Positions 1-13,079 of a DNA stretch of 64,000 bases are shown piece after piece. The position numbers were made by a program, and so were the translations under genes. Positions within the stretch are counted from its first letter, which is position 1. The number at the start of each line of letters is the position of its first letter. Location of the stretch: assembly GCA_951406725.2 (NCBI GenBank), contig OX597819.1:82460001-82524000 (forward strand). Direction: 5' to 3'. The stretch is from Octopus vulgaris (Eukaryota). The notes under the pieces were generated by a model. That model was not told the DNA's origin. It did no database searches and saw nothing but the letters and a program-made list of their open reading frames with translations.

Positions 1-857
1 GTGTGTGTGTATATTTATGTATGATGCATATTTACATGTATATATGTATAAAATGTCTGTTACCATTACTCAGTATCTTGGGAAGATGTGATTCCGAGTT
101 GCTAAATAACAAGTAAACCAATTACTTTAATCCTAAGATTCTAAAAATGCCTCAAGATGCTTCATCTCAAACTTGAACGAAATACATATAGATATGACTC
201 TACAAACCTTATTTTTCATAGCATCCTCTGTATTAGGACTTTAGTTATTAACATTGTGCCAGCGTCTCTGTACTTTTATGTAGATGATTCTTGGCTAAAT
301 ACAGTCATGTTTTTACTTTAATACGTGGTTTTCTGCTGTTATTGCTTGCCATCTTGATGAGAAGAAAGTGACATGAATTCTGATGAGCTAAATGACAATG
401 AAACCTGTGGGTTTGATCTTTATCTCACTCTGCTGCAAAGGTTCTCCTGGCATTTCATTTCACAGTGAGATTAAATACATGCAGATATGAAATCTCTAGA
501 TTCATTTGTTGTCTACCTTTATCTGCCTTCTTCATTCTTAAGCCCCACCACCACCATCATTTATGTTATTGCATTTTTTCACTTCATACATAATCCCATT
601 TCCAGATCTTTACCCATCAGTCTTTTCATATGCTTTACTTTTACTGTTCCTTGAGATATACATTGCAAATATCAAGTATTTCCATTTCAGATCTTGTTCT
701 AACCTTTGTGTTTGAGTAAGGGATAAGATATATGTCATTACATTTCACCTCTTTAGTCTCTTACCAGTTAAGAATTGGGCATTAGATACAACACTTGCCA
801 ACAATCATTCACTTACATAATGCAACATACAGATTACCAATATTTTAAATATACATA

Positions 858-1069
858 AAGTTGTGAGCTGGCAGACTGGGCACACTGGACAAAATGCTTT
901 GTGGCATTTCATCTGTTTTTATGCTCTGAGTTCAAATTCTGGCGAGGCTGACTTTCCCTTTCATCCTTTTGGGGTTGATAGAATAAGTACCAGTTGGACA
1001 CTGGGATCAATATAATTGACTAACCCTTTCTCCAGAAATTGCTGGACTTGTACTAAAATTTAAAATCAA
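858..1069 (+). mobile_element. tRNA-derived SINE (GAGCTGGCAGA-head family), degenerate full-length copy
   Basis: Collinear with the 13367 copy: GAGCTGGCAGA head, B-box-like GAGTTCAAATTC, central GACTTT.CCTTTCATCCTTT..GGGTTGAT domain; CAATATTTTAAA occurs on both sides (possible TSD). Confidence 0.75.
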
Positions 1070-1535
1070 TATTTTAAAACTATATAGATATCTGTTTGTA
1101 ATTCAGTTTACTGATTTTGTGTTAACCTTCAGATATCTTAAATGCAGTTTAGTTTCCAGTTTACCAAATTAAATTAATTTGAAATATAATATCCTGTAAG
1201 AGATACATTACTCTTAATACATTAATCTATGCATTGTTTTCTTCTATTAGTGGTGAGCATATTAATCATTATTAATGCCATTGTCTTTTATCACTTTATC
1301 TTCTGCTATAACTTTGCTGCTACATTTCATTTTAATTTCTACAGTAACTTAATTTCTAATTGTTAGTCATAGTTACACAATATAGTTGGAAAGGAATTAT
1401 TACTTTGCCATATCTAGTTGGTAATATATGTAATTAAATACATATTGTGATTTAGTCCAATGTAACAGAATGATATTTATCTCATTCTAAAACAAATAAC
1501 TTTAATTTTCAGTTTCACTAAGCTGAAAGAAGACA

Positions 1536-1538
<3 letters not shown>

Positions 1539-1573
<35 letters not shown>

Positions 1574-1620
1574 TGTGTGTGTGAATACATACATATACAC
1601 ACACTCACATATACATATAA
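1539..1620. repeat. (TA)n / (TG)n / (CA)n compound microsatellite
   Basis: Directly visible dinucleotide runs. Confidence 0.9.
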
Positions 1621-4600
1621 CAAGCCAAATATTCTCACACTCAGATAATACATAATCAAATGTTGTTGTGAATAATTGGTTGCAATGATCAAATTATTAA
1701 CTATATGTTGCATAGATTATTATTTAATACTCTAATATTTCATTACTTCCTTCATTACACTACTGAAATATTATCTGAATCTTCCTAGCTGAAATTTTAG
1801 GTCCTATCGTTATAGTAGTGTAACAATATAGTGATAATCCAACAGGAGACTTGGTTTCTTATTCAATCAGTTTGGATAATTAATGAGAAGTTTATTGGTG
1901 CAACCTAAAGTTCAAATTTTGATACAACTCATTTAGCCTGTCTGTTGTTTACAGTTGTCTACTCATATTAAACCATACACAAGTACCAGACTAATTAGAG
2001 AATAAATACATTGTAATATGCTTCTTTTTTTTCCTACTCATTTTTCAATATATAGAATATTTGTTGAAATCATTACATAAATTATACATATTGGTGTTTC
2101 ACTGATGATGATTATTTACCTGCAATGAAATTTCATTAAAAAACAGTGAGGTATTCAATAACAAATCATTAATATGCTATGTATGATTTACAAACAACTT
2201 TACTTAGGGAATTATGCATTTTTACAATTTGCTTCTAGTTCTGTTGAAAATCAATGTAGACTAAATTTTCTTGTTAATTAACTTAAGCAAAATGAAAATT
2301 TGCTGGATAATTTTTGAAAATTATAATCTAAAAAGTTATTTTTCCTGCAATTTCAATAATAATTAGAGAAAAATTTAAATGTATTAAATAATCTAAACTT
2401 TTCTATTAATTAAATTGTAGTTGATACCCTATTAGTATCAGCTCATAGCTATGTTATTGATGATTATTCTGTATATTCATGGAAAACTTGATTATTTTCT
2501 TGCTTTTAAAAATAATAATCTACCATTAAATTAGATCTTTATTCCAAGAGTAAGATCAACCTTGATATTTATTTGTTAATAAAGTTTATTTATCCGAATT
2601 TCACTTATACTACTAATTTTGAATGTGATAATTTGGAGTCAATCAAATCTGTTTTTAAAAAGATAGTTTTCCCTCTTTGAAGGATAAAGATGATACTTTA
2701 AAATAGAAAGTGTATATGAGAGAAGTGTAGGATTAATGCAATTATTACAGAATTTAATGTGTTCAAGGTCAGAGATTAATGAAAATGATTAAGATGAGCA
2801 GGGAATCTCATAGAATGGCTGTTTAGGAATCAACAATTACTTATATCAGTTTTGCTAAGGTTTATGGGATACTCTTTTGCTCCACTTGAGCAAACCACTT
2901 TTAAAAGAACATGGAGATTTAGCCACTGTATTGCTAGGCAAGATTATTATCTTATTCTCTTATTAAGTAAGCTCCCTTACTAAGCTTCCTGCAAGAGTGG
3001 AACAGAGCTAAGACTGAAAGGAACATGAATTATAGTAATGGTAAAGAAGACAATGAAGAAACAGCAGCTTGAGAGATTACAATCTGATGGTTTTTTACAG
3101 TAAGATGCTTTTATATCACGTAAATGACTTGTATTTGATGAAGTCTAAGAATGCGATGATTGCTGTCACAGATATGGAATCATTATTTTGATGGATGTAG
3201 TATTTAGGTCAAGGAAGATGGTACTTTTGTCTTCTTGGTATAGTTTTAGCTAACTTTGTCTTCTTGGTGTGATTTTAGCAACATATAAAATCTTTGGAAG
3301 GTGGTGGTTGTTTGTATCATAAAAAAAAGAAGTTTAAAATGTAATACACTTTCAAGCTACATTAAAGTTTACTGGTTGAAGCTTTGAAGAAAGCACCATC
3401 AACAGTGTGCTCAGTAAGGATATTAATCCTATAGGAAAGCTTTTTTAATCAAGAGTTTTGCATTGTATATTGCATTACTGGTTTGGCTAATATAAAGTGC
3501 AACAGAGTTGGTAACACTTTAATTTTGTAAGTCTATAGACAAGACTATAGACCACTCATCCATTACATGAAAATTGTAAGCCATTCAGATATCTTGTCTT
3601 AGAGTATTGTACATGTTTGTTTATAAGTATTTTCATCTCTTAAGAAATGCTAGTGAAGGATATCATAAAGAGAATTAATACATTTCAAACATTTTGTTTT
3701 GACTTCTTTATTTTATAAATCATAGGACAGAGATGGGGTGGGTGTAATGAAAGAGATAGGGAGGAAAAGAAAGTATAGTTTAGCAATTAATTTGTGGCTA
3801 TATTTGTTAAAATGAATTGTCTAAGTGACATCTAGATTTGTTGTATTTTAGTTCCAAGTCAGCTCTGACAAAATGTGTGATAAAAAGTGTTCTATCCGTG
3901 TCTATCTATGATTTTTAATTTTGTATATCTAGCGCTTTATTGTTCAAAATATCTTCCTTACCACATTGGTTCAACATCTGAATTTATTGAATGAGTTAAT
4001 AGAAATTAATTTTTTTGTTCTGAAATGTTTGAGCTGGTAATGATTTTTTGGAAAAGTTAATGAAGTTGGAAATCAAAACATAGTGAAGGTTTTAATGACA
4101 AGAATTCTACTAACCAGTCCATATTTGTTAAGGAAATGTGGGTAAGATGTAATTAATGAATGTAAATAGAACACATTGTACACATAAATGCTGTTGAGGA
4201 AGAAAGAATATTCTTCAATAATGCACTAACTTAGAACATCTACTTTCCTTGCCATCTCCTTTGAATGTTTTCTCTGGTTGGTGAAAAATTGTCATTTGGC
4301 TTCACTGGAACAGGAATTTTGTATTTCTTTATAGAATTATATTTGGTTTCAGGCTCTTGAGAAAGTAGAAAAATATTGGATAGGTAAAGAAATTTAATGC
4401 CAACAGGTTTTCTAGAATCATCACAGAGAGAAATTGGAGGTTTTCCATAAATAATATCTCTGCACATTTTCTTGTAAAATGTTGGAATATATGAAACTTG
4501 TATTTATTTAATTTTAAAATTTTAGAAGATAAATTTTCTTTGCGTAGTTTAACTATCAAAATTTGATGTCTGAAAATATTTACACTATATATGAATGTAG

Positions 4601-6013
4601 CAATTTTATTTTTTTAACAGTGTTAGTATATAATATTAAACTGTTAGAGAGTAGATAACTAAGCTGCTAGTAAGCCAAATTAATGATTATGTTTAGCTTT
4701 TTGATGATAGACATTTCACTTATATTGACAAACCCCACGAAAATGATTATTAAGTTGCCAATTACCCACTATAATCCAATTTTCTACCATATTGCTAATC
4801 ATCATCATTGTCCTCTTTCTCTGCCCTTCCTCCTCCTCCTCATCATCATCATCACCACTACTGCGTCTGCTTTCATTGTTATCATTGTCCTTAGCATCAA
4901 CATTGACATTATCATCGTCAACGACAACACAGTTTTTATGTTTGATTTCAATGCTGGAATAGTTTGGACAAATCAGAAACTTCATCTTACCCATATATTC
5001 TCCATCCAGTGGAGTTTATCGTGGTATCAATGCTAGATATGCTGCCTTGCTTCCAAGAAAACTTAGGACTTGTTTCTACTCTTTATTGTGTCCTTTTGCT
5101 TAAGGAAACGTCGCTGTAAGTGTGAAAAGAAGAATGAATAGTGAAAGAGAGCACCACAGGGCATGAAAGAGTAAACAGAAGAGAAAGAATATGATGATAG
5201 AAACAAGGACATTGGCACAATAGAGTGACAGAAGAGGGAGTGATGGAAGAGATACAGTGATACCTCTTTAATCATTGGTAAGGAAATTGAATAGTAAAAC
5301 AAAACGTGAAAATCACAATTGAGACAGAAGGAATGATAGGAAGACACAGAGAACTGGAAGTGCGAGTAATGGAAGTGGGAGGAAATGAGGGAGGAAAGAG
5401 TGTAAAACATGTCAACAATGAATGATAGCTAAGGACGCAATGTGAGAGAGTGTGATGGGTAGTAATAAAAATTAGATAGAGAAATGGATTGCAATAAAGA
5501 TGGGTGCTGGTGAGAGGAAGTGGACATCAATAAGGTGTATTAAAGTGATGGGAGAGAAAGATGGTTAGCAATAAAGATGATGGCATGTTTGGGGAGTAAA
5601 CATAGACAAAGCTAACGCTATCTCTTGTAATGTTGGTAGCATGATTGAAGAGATGCAGACAGATAAATGTAGGGGACTGACTATGGACAGAGACAATATC
5701 TTTCCTCGTTACACAAGAGATGTGGTACAATGATAGTAGTGGGATGATTAATAGCTGAGAAGACAGTAATAAGAAAGTAGGAGCAGTAAATGGAGACATA
5801 ACCAGTATATACTGGACAAGAGACTCACCACTAATGTTTTAATGTTTATTTTCTTATGCTTCCATGGACAGGTAGATCTTTTCTAGCATCATATATTGCC
5901 TCTAGTCATATGATTTTGGTCTAGCTACAATCCTTTCAGAACATTTGCTTATATAACAAAAGCTGCACTTAAATCTATGAACCATTTGTGAATTAGAAGA
6001 CATTTATTTTACA

Positions 6014-6064
6014 CTAGCACTATGACCCGGCAACGACGGGTCATAATGCTTGTATATATATATT

Positions 6065-6115
<51 letters not shown>

Positions 6116-6701
6116 CTCAACAGGGATTTCAGGGGAGAGTTTCAGGGAGTCGCTAGCGATGTATCATGATGATCAAAAATCTGGCCTGTTAAAATTTGGT
6201 TAAAGTGATTCAAACTGCAGACTCAACGCAAAATGGTCACATTTAATTCAAAGCATTAAAAATGTTATGAAAACAATTGGTATGTGTTCGCAAAGTCCAA
6301 ACGATTAATACGAAAAAACCCTCCAGGCTAAATCCCGAAAATTCATTTCTTTGCCGAATTTCTACAATATTTATGGCGATTCGTTTTTATATCTTGATTT
6401 TTTATTTTTCATGCAATTTACGCATGCTTGCACGCGTGGTGAACACAGTTCACGTCAAACAGCTGACTGAGTAAAGTTCACTATTCAATGCATGGGATAA
6501 GGCCTAAACAAACACATTATTGATTTTTGCACTTGCGAGATGAATTGCGGAACAGAAATAGCGCAGTTCAATTTTCATTCGCCTAAACTTTAAGTGACCC
6601 ATTTTTGGTGGTTCTACGATTTATTGGCTAGGAGGAGATGTGCTGGGAAGTTACACACACAGGCACACACAGACACACAAGGTAAATTTTATATATATAG
6701 A
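6014..6701 (-). mobile_element. Non-autonomous Helitron-like element
   Basis: On the minus strand it starts A|TCTATATATATAAA..TGTCTGTGTGTG at 6701 and ends in a hairpin plus CTAG|T at 6014. Insertion between A and T without TSD is the Helitron signature. Termini match the element at 62650-63001. Confidence 0.75.
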
Positions 6702-6914
6702 TGTACTCTTACTCCTCCTGTACCTTTGTCGCATACAAAATCTATGTCTGTTAGCCTACCTGTAATTTCACTACACCTCTTGTGCATTCATAATTTGCAT
6801 TGAGTACTCTGTATGTAATTTCAATCTCCTTTTTTTTTGCATATTAAGCATAGTCATTTCCCTGATAAGAGTAACATTCGTGCCTTTTCCCCTACTTACT
6901 AAAACATTTTAACT

Positions 6915-7220
6915 GCTAAATTGACTCTGGAGCCTTTTGTTTCTAGGATTTGCTTCAATGTCTGAAAGCTATGCTTGAAATTTTGTAAAAATTCAGCTTT
7001 AAGAACTAGGTTATCAGCATGTAGGAGTTCTCACAGACAAACAGTCTTAAATTTCTCTATTATTGCTATGAAGACAATTGTAAACAGAAGTAAGAAGAGA
7101 ATTGAGCCCTGATATATACTAAATTCCTTACTGAGTTTATTGCTAACTCCCACCTTACTGATTTCACCTTTGTACATGGCTTGTATGATCATCACAAATG
7201 ATCCATCTATCCCAATATCC
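6915..7220 (-). pseudogene. RTE-clade LINE reverse-transcriptase fragment
   Basis: Manual minus-strand translation gives IIQAMYKG..QGSIL..LLF..FKTVCL*ELLHADNLVL, a decayed QGSxLSPLLF / ELLYADDLVL RT core. Confidence 0.75.
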
Positions 7221-7588
7221 TTTCTAATCAGTTATGTTTAACACTTTCAGTAACTTTCATAACTATAATTCTTTCCTTTAGCACATATGAAGTAACATTT
7301 TCTAGATATTTAAAGAATTTTAAAATTCAATATGGAAAAAATAATTTAAGATATAAGTTAAATTATTTTTATCATGTTTGAATAATGTTTGTTCAAAATG
7401 TAATATCAATTTAAGTGCTTCCTTAAGATATAAGGCTGTTTGTTTTAACATCTTAGTTTGTAATGTTTTTCTTTTATTTTTCATTACTGAAATCTAAGTA
7501 GTTATGCTAAGGTAGTTACAACTATATCTATCTCTAAAGGGCATATCTTGTGACATGTTTAGGAACTTTGATGTTATAAATTTATATA

Positions 7589-8047
7589 TAGATACACCAC
7601 CAATTTTCTAGCAAGTGATCATATGACACCTCCTTTAATCTGGATAAATTACAAGGAGGAATTGAAATTCTCACGGCTGCCAGTCTAGTTTGAATACACT
7701 GGATGTATCATGTATTTGCCTGAATTTATTTACACTGCACTTGTTCGTGGTGATACTAAACTATTGAGTGATTATTTGCTTATTTAGTTTAGACCTATCC
7801 CTAGCTATGGCTCCTACAGGTAAGCAAACTGATAGTGCCGTTGGTAATATTAAACATAAGCACCAATCCCTACTAATCAAAGATAAAATAGAACTGTTCA
7901 TGATACTTTTGACACATGGGAAGTATGGTGGTTACAGGTGTATTGATGAATTATTATCATTATTATGTGACTATCGATGGTCTGGCAAAATGGATAATCT
8001 GTCAAGGCTTTGGAATGAAGGATACTAGAACATCAGTGGAGTACCTG
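7589..8047 (+). mobile_element. Tigger/pogo-like non-autonomous DNA transposon
   Basis: TA-flanked imperfect TIRs (TAGATACACCACCAAT / ATCAGTGGAGTACCTG). Internal peptide MAPTGKQTDSAVGNIKHKHQSLLIKDKIELF resembles the N-terminal HTH start of Tigger/CENP-B-type transposases. Confidence 0.65.
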
Positions 8048-8269
8048 TAAACATGTGATGGCTTGTGCGTGGGAATACATACAGATGCACATAGAAAATA
8101 ATTTTCTCTTACTCTTCTCAGTTCTGAGGGTTTTCATTCTTGACTATATAACAGTCAACTGAACCTAACAAACATTTATTTTTAATATAGAAATTAATAG
8201 TGACAAGATCTAAGAATGTTCTTCCAGCATTTGCTTGTAATACTTATTTTCAGTATGTAGAGGTTACAA

Positions 8270-8660
8270 AAATGGTAAGGTAGCAGAAATGGCATAATTC
8301 CCAACTAAATGCTTTGCAGACTCTAGTTCTATTTACATTCTGAAATTAATTATCACTGAAGGCAATTTGCCTTTCATTCCTCTAGATTTAACCCTTTAAC
8401 ATTCAGATTTCTCTGTCAAATATAATTCTTATTTCTTCACATTCTTTTGAATTTATCCTGCATTATCTTATAGCCTAGAGATTTTGATGATATGATTGTT
8501 TATCTTTAGACTGACATTGTAAGGTAGCTGTGAGAAGCTGGATCTGGGCAGAATATTTTGGCTGGGTTAATTGGTTTAAAAGCTAAAGGATTAATAATAA
8601 AATAAAATATCAACCATATGCTGCTACCTCTCTAAAAATTATGTCCTTTTACCAAATGAA
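8270..8660 (+). mobile_element. Highly degenerate SINE (13367 family) interrupted by a MITE
   Basis: GGTAAGGTAGCAGAA head and TTTGCCTTTCATTCC domain, resuming after the MITE at 8591. Confidence 0.5.
8392..8590. mobile_element. piggyBac-type MITE with TTAA target duplication
   Basis: TTAA|CCCTTTAACATTCA ... TTTAAAAGCTAAAGGA|TTAA: imperfect TIRs with TTAA on both sides. Confidence 0.65.
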
Positions 8661-8781
8661 CATCTGACACCTAGAGTCTTTAGTAGGCTCCACTTTTATA
8701 AGCAATTGGACTAGATTTCTGGTTTGTGGATTCTTTTTTATCTCTCCCTTACACAAGTCTCAGAAGCTGTATAAAGAGTTA

Positions 8782-9132
8782 CAGGTACTGTTTTTCTTCC
8801 TGATTAGAAGATTAAAAAGAAATAAATAAAATTGTGAAAATTCCTTTGATATGGATTGGTACTTATGCTTGACACTACCACTGATACTCTCAGTTGTCTT
8901 AACTGTGGTAGCCATTGCTAAGGGTAACTTTACACTTAATAAGCAGAGAATGTCTAAAATTTTGGTATTGCCACTAACAAATGCAGTGTAACTAATGCAT
9001 ATAAGTACACAGTACACACAATTTTGCTTGTTGTAATGCAGTGAACTATACTGAAACCATGGGAATTTTAAGTTCCCCTCATAATTTATCTGGGCCATTA
9101 GTTGACAATAAATCGGATTGTTGATGTACCTG
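8782..9132 (-). mobile_element. Second Tigger/pogo-like relic, opposite orientation
   Basis: Ends TA|CAGGTAC...GTACCTG|TA. Minus-strand peptide LAMATTVKTTESISGSVKHKYQSI aligns with LAMAPTGKQTDSAVGNIKHKHQSL of the 7589 copy, and upstream DNA is also homologous. Confidence 0.6.
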
Positions 9133-12100
9133 TATACAAATAAACTTGATGAAATTTAAGATAACTTTGTTATTTCATCAAAAATATGTTTGTGGACCAC
9201 TACTGGAGTCATATTTAGATATCTTTATCTTCAGGTGTTTTCTTCAAAACCAGATGTGATTCATTAAAAAGAATTTTCAGGAAATCCTATTGGTTGGAGC
9301 AAGAATGTATATTTTATAGCACCTTGTTTGATGCTTTACAATCCTGTTATCAGATTTCTATGGGTATTTCAGTTTTATGAGAAGCAAAATAATCAGACTT
9401 ACTAAATGATATGAAGTATCCTTTTATTCCTTTGAATAATTGTGTAAAATGAGAAATATCATCAGGTTACCCGCATATGAAGTTTGATAATGATGAATCC
9501 CATTTATAAATAAGTTCACTTAAAATGTGTTGAGCTTCATAAATATTATAGATTTTTAAGTCCCATCATCTAACTTCTTCATTTTCACCAATATTCACTT
9601 TTATTATTCATTTAGACTAAACAGGATTAGTTTTTTTTTGTTTATTTGTTTTTTTCATTACTGGTACTCTTATGGTTGATATGCCTTACAAATGTGCTTG
9701 TATCTGCTTCAGTTACTTCAAATTGGCAGTAAATATGAGGAAAGATTAAAAATGTATTCTCTTCTATGCTCTTGCAAATTTATAATTTTACTTTTTAAAC
9801 CCTTCAAATTAAACTATACCAATTTGTCATTCCATTTTACCTTAAAATATGTTGGATGTTTTTTTATTCTTTTCTCTTTCCTTACATTTCCTGTAACATT
9901 TGACATATAAAATATAAAATTAAGTGTTAACTTCACTTGCACTTACTGATCAATAAAAAGCTTTAAAATCCATATAATAGTTGACAATGTTTAAGGAAAA
10001 TATTCACAAGCTTTTAGAATTTCATTTTTATAATAATATTCTTTTTTTATTTTGACTGTTTTCAGCCTTAAGATTTATATTACCATAACAATTAGATATC
10101 AGACAAAAGACCCCATTATAGAACATGCTGCTAGTAATGAAGGTTACTTTTTAAATCTAATTTAATCATCACATTTCAATGAACAATACAAAAATATTAT
10201 GAGGAATACAGGCAACATGCATTGACATATAAATAATGTGTTTGTTACTCCCTTGTTAATATTTATAAAATCAATTCTCTATATACCAGGCTCTTTTGTT
10301 GCTTTACAGATAATACGTATTTTAATTCTTTCTGTATAATTTATTTTGTAAGCTTAAAATAGCATTTACACATTGCAGACATTATATTCCCATGTGCAAA
10401 GTAATGTATTTTGAAATGTCTATCTGTAATAGTTGTGTAAAGTAGTAATCAGTAAATTTTTGTTTCCATAGATTTTTTATTGAAATAAATAATATTTATT
10501 GTGTTTCTAACCAGAAAGGGAGACACAGGTCCCTGTGCACCATGTCAGCCTCAGTTAGAAAACTTTACTTGATATTTTTGATTTAGATATTGCTAATTTT
10601 CTATATTAGATCATAATATCTTTAAGGATTATTACAAATGGTCATTCCATGATGTAACAAAGATATGCTTTTCAGTGCTTGCTTACTAAAAGATTACATG
10701 CCACATTTTACAGCATAGTAGCTGCTGTATCATGGAAGACACACCCTGATTTTGTATATGTAATTCTAAGGAAAAAATGCTTTCATACTGGCCAAAGCCC
10801 AGACCACACAACCAGATAGTGTCCAGCAGGTATACATGCTAAATGCCTATCTGAATGGGTTTGAGACAATACTGTGATCTAACATTAATAATAAATTTGT
10901 GGAGCTCTAATATTTTCTCTTCATATTCTGCAGATATTTTCTGAGCTAACTTTGTTCTTGTTCACTAACTTTAGCCATTTCATGATCTCAAAACATTAGC
11001 TAGCAAGTAGTTTCTTTGAAATCATTCACTTCTGTGTTTACTGTCAAACTTCTTACTTCCAAATTCATCTTCTTCATAGGTACCACCTATCTCAAACATT
11101 TTGGACTAATAGCTATGTTTTGAAGTTTTTTTCTAAACATGGTCACTTTGCTGGTACTGTTTGAATATTATGCTTCTGTTTTATCCTTTTTTTCCCCCTT
11201 TAGATTCTTCCTCCTACTTCCTCCTCTGGCAAAACATCTTCTTAGCTGTTTGCAGTCTGAAGTTTCTCTCTGCTACATTATTCCCATGTTCTTTGGCATA
11301 TTGCACTGTTTCAAATTTAAATTCAAGATTATATTCATGTTTCTATGATAAACCTGCCATAGACGAGAGATGATTTGCAGGATGGAAAATGGCTTTTGAC
11401 ATCAGGGAAGAAATGGTGTTTTAGTCACTGAAATATGAAAAAACAAAACAATTTCTCTTCATGGAGACAAGAATCCAACCTTTCCCAATTTCTCAATAGA
11501 CAGCACTGTCACACCACTGCCATTAATAAACAAACAGCCCAGTAACAAAAGAAGGATAGCTGTAGCAAAGTTAAAAAAAAAACAAAAAGCCATTCATTAT
11601 TTACTGTTAATGTATTTACTTCTATATCAAGAATATTAGCATCATGGAAGATGCATGATTATTTTCAAGGTATGTTTTTTACTGTCTTCCATACCACAAA
11701 ATATAGTAAAGATAACACTTAACTTACATAAGGTAAATATGTAGTTATGGACTACCATCACTAACTCTTGTCTAGGGAAACGCTTAAGAAACTTATTAAT
11801 TAATATATTGAAGTATTTAGGAGCTTACAGAATATTATTATAACAATCTGATTTGTTTACTAAATAGAAAAACATGATGACCAATTGATGATCATAAAGC
11901 AGTTAGTTTGATTCATTATTATTTTATAGTCTTTGAATGGATTGAAAATTAACTTTTTAAAGAGGAATACTATGGTTACCTCAACTTTGAATCTCACCGT
12001 TATTTATATATTCATCAAAGTATCAAGTGCATCTGACAGTGGGACCCTGGTTCAGGAGTTTTAGGGTTTTGAGGAGTGTAGAGCCACAACTTAGACAGTA

Positions 12101-13079
12101 TTGTTCCTAGGTCTACTCTGATTTAGTGTAGTAGCACCTGTTAGGGTCCCAGCCACATGTTAAATTGCATGTAACCATATGAGCCAGTGTATGTTTAAAT
12201 CATGGGATGCAGCATGGTGGATGTGAACTATTTTGGCAGATGAACTTATTGAGTCAATGATGGGTACCACTTAATGCTAAGCAGATGAACAGACATCAAA
12301 CTATCAAAAGCTATGATCAACCAGTTCAGTTAGTATACTATTGCTATCATTTATATTTCACTACTAGCAAAAGACTAATGTGATTAAAACCCAGATTAGA
12401 CGTTCATGTTTCATTGCTCACTTGGAATGTCTGCCATAGAAGACTTACAATGGTTCAAGCAGGTCACCCAACCTGGATGGATGGATGATCAACAGAATGA
12501 GAGGATCTATAGAATTAATAAATCTCAGCAGAAAACAGTCTTACAATGCTAAAAATAAGTGAGTCATATATTATTTGAAGATTATATTAAAACTAAATTG
12601 TTACAAAATTACATTGACTAGATATTTAAAGTATATCTCTTTTGATATCTCAGCATTATTAACTATTTCTTAAAAGTTGAGATATGGGGAACACTACATG
12701 TACAATCATCAATTCTTCATAGTATTTTTCTTTGTTTTCTAATATATTGTTTAGTGTATAGATAAACTGAAAATGAAATTAGAGCTATCTGATTTTGTAA
12801 GAAATAAATACATAGATAACTAAAGTAATCATGTAAATTGTTTCTGTATTTGTTTTATATTAAACTGTCAGCAATAAAGGTAAGGAAATAAAAGAAGTAA
12901 TATATGCATTATTTCTAGAATATATATTTATCTAAATGAGTACGTAGTGTTTATTTTTAGAGAGTAATGAAGTTTTTTTTATAATAAATCTAATAACAAA
13001 GTAAATTTTGTAAAGAGCAAAGGCTGGTTCAGGCTATATAACATTCATACTCAGTAGGAATTAGTGTACAAACCATTAA

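Noticed and set aside
2800-4560. Possible Penelope RT/GIY-YIG relic (CIVYCIT; RKPV..YL..K.NSI-like peptides)
   Set aside because: Similarity too weak and fragmentary to support without a profile search.
4683-5800. Acidic and Ser/Phe-rich ORFs
   Set aside because: Low-complexity CAT/CCT triplets and purine-biased sequence; no domain or convincing splice structure.
11381-11669. Possible non-coding exon (TTTGCAG acceptor, AAG|GTATGT donor)
   Set aside because: No coding signal, and such motifs arise by chance in 64 kb; needs RNA evidence.
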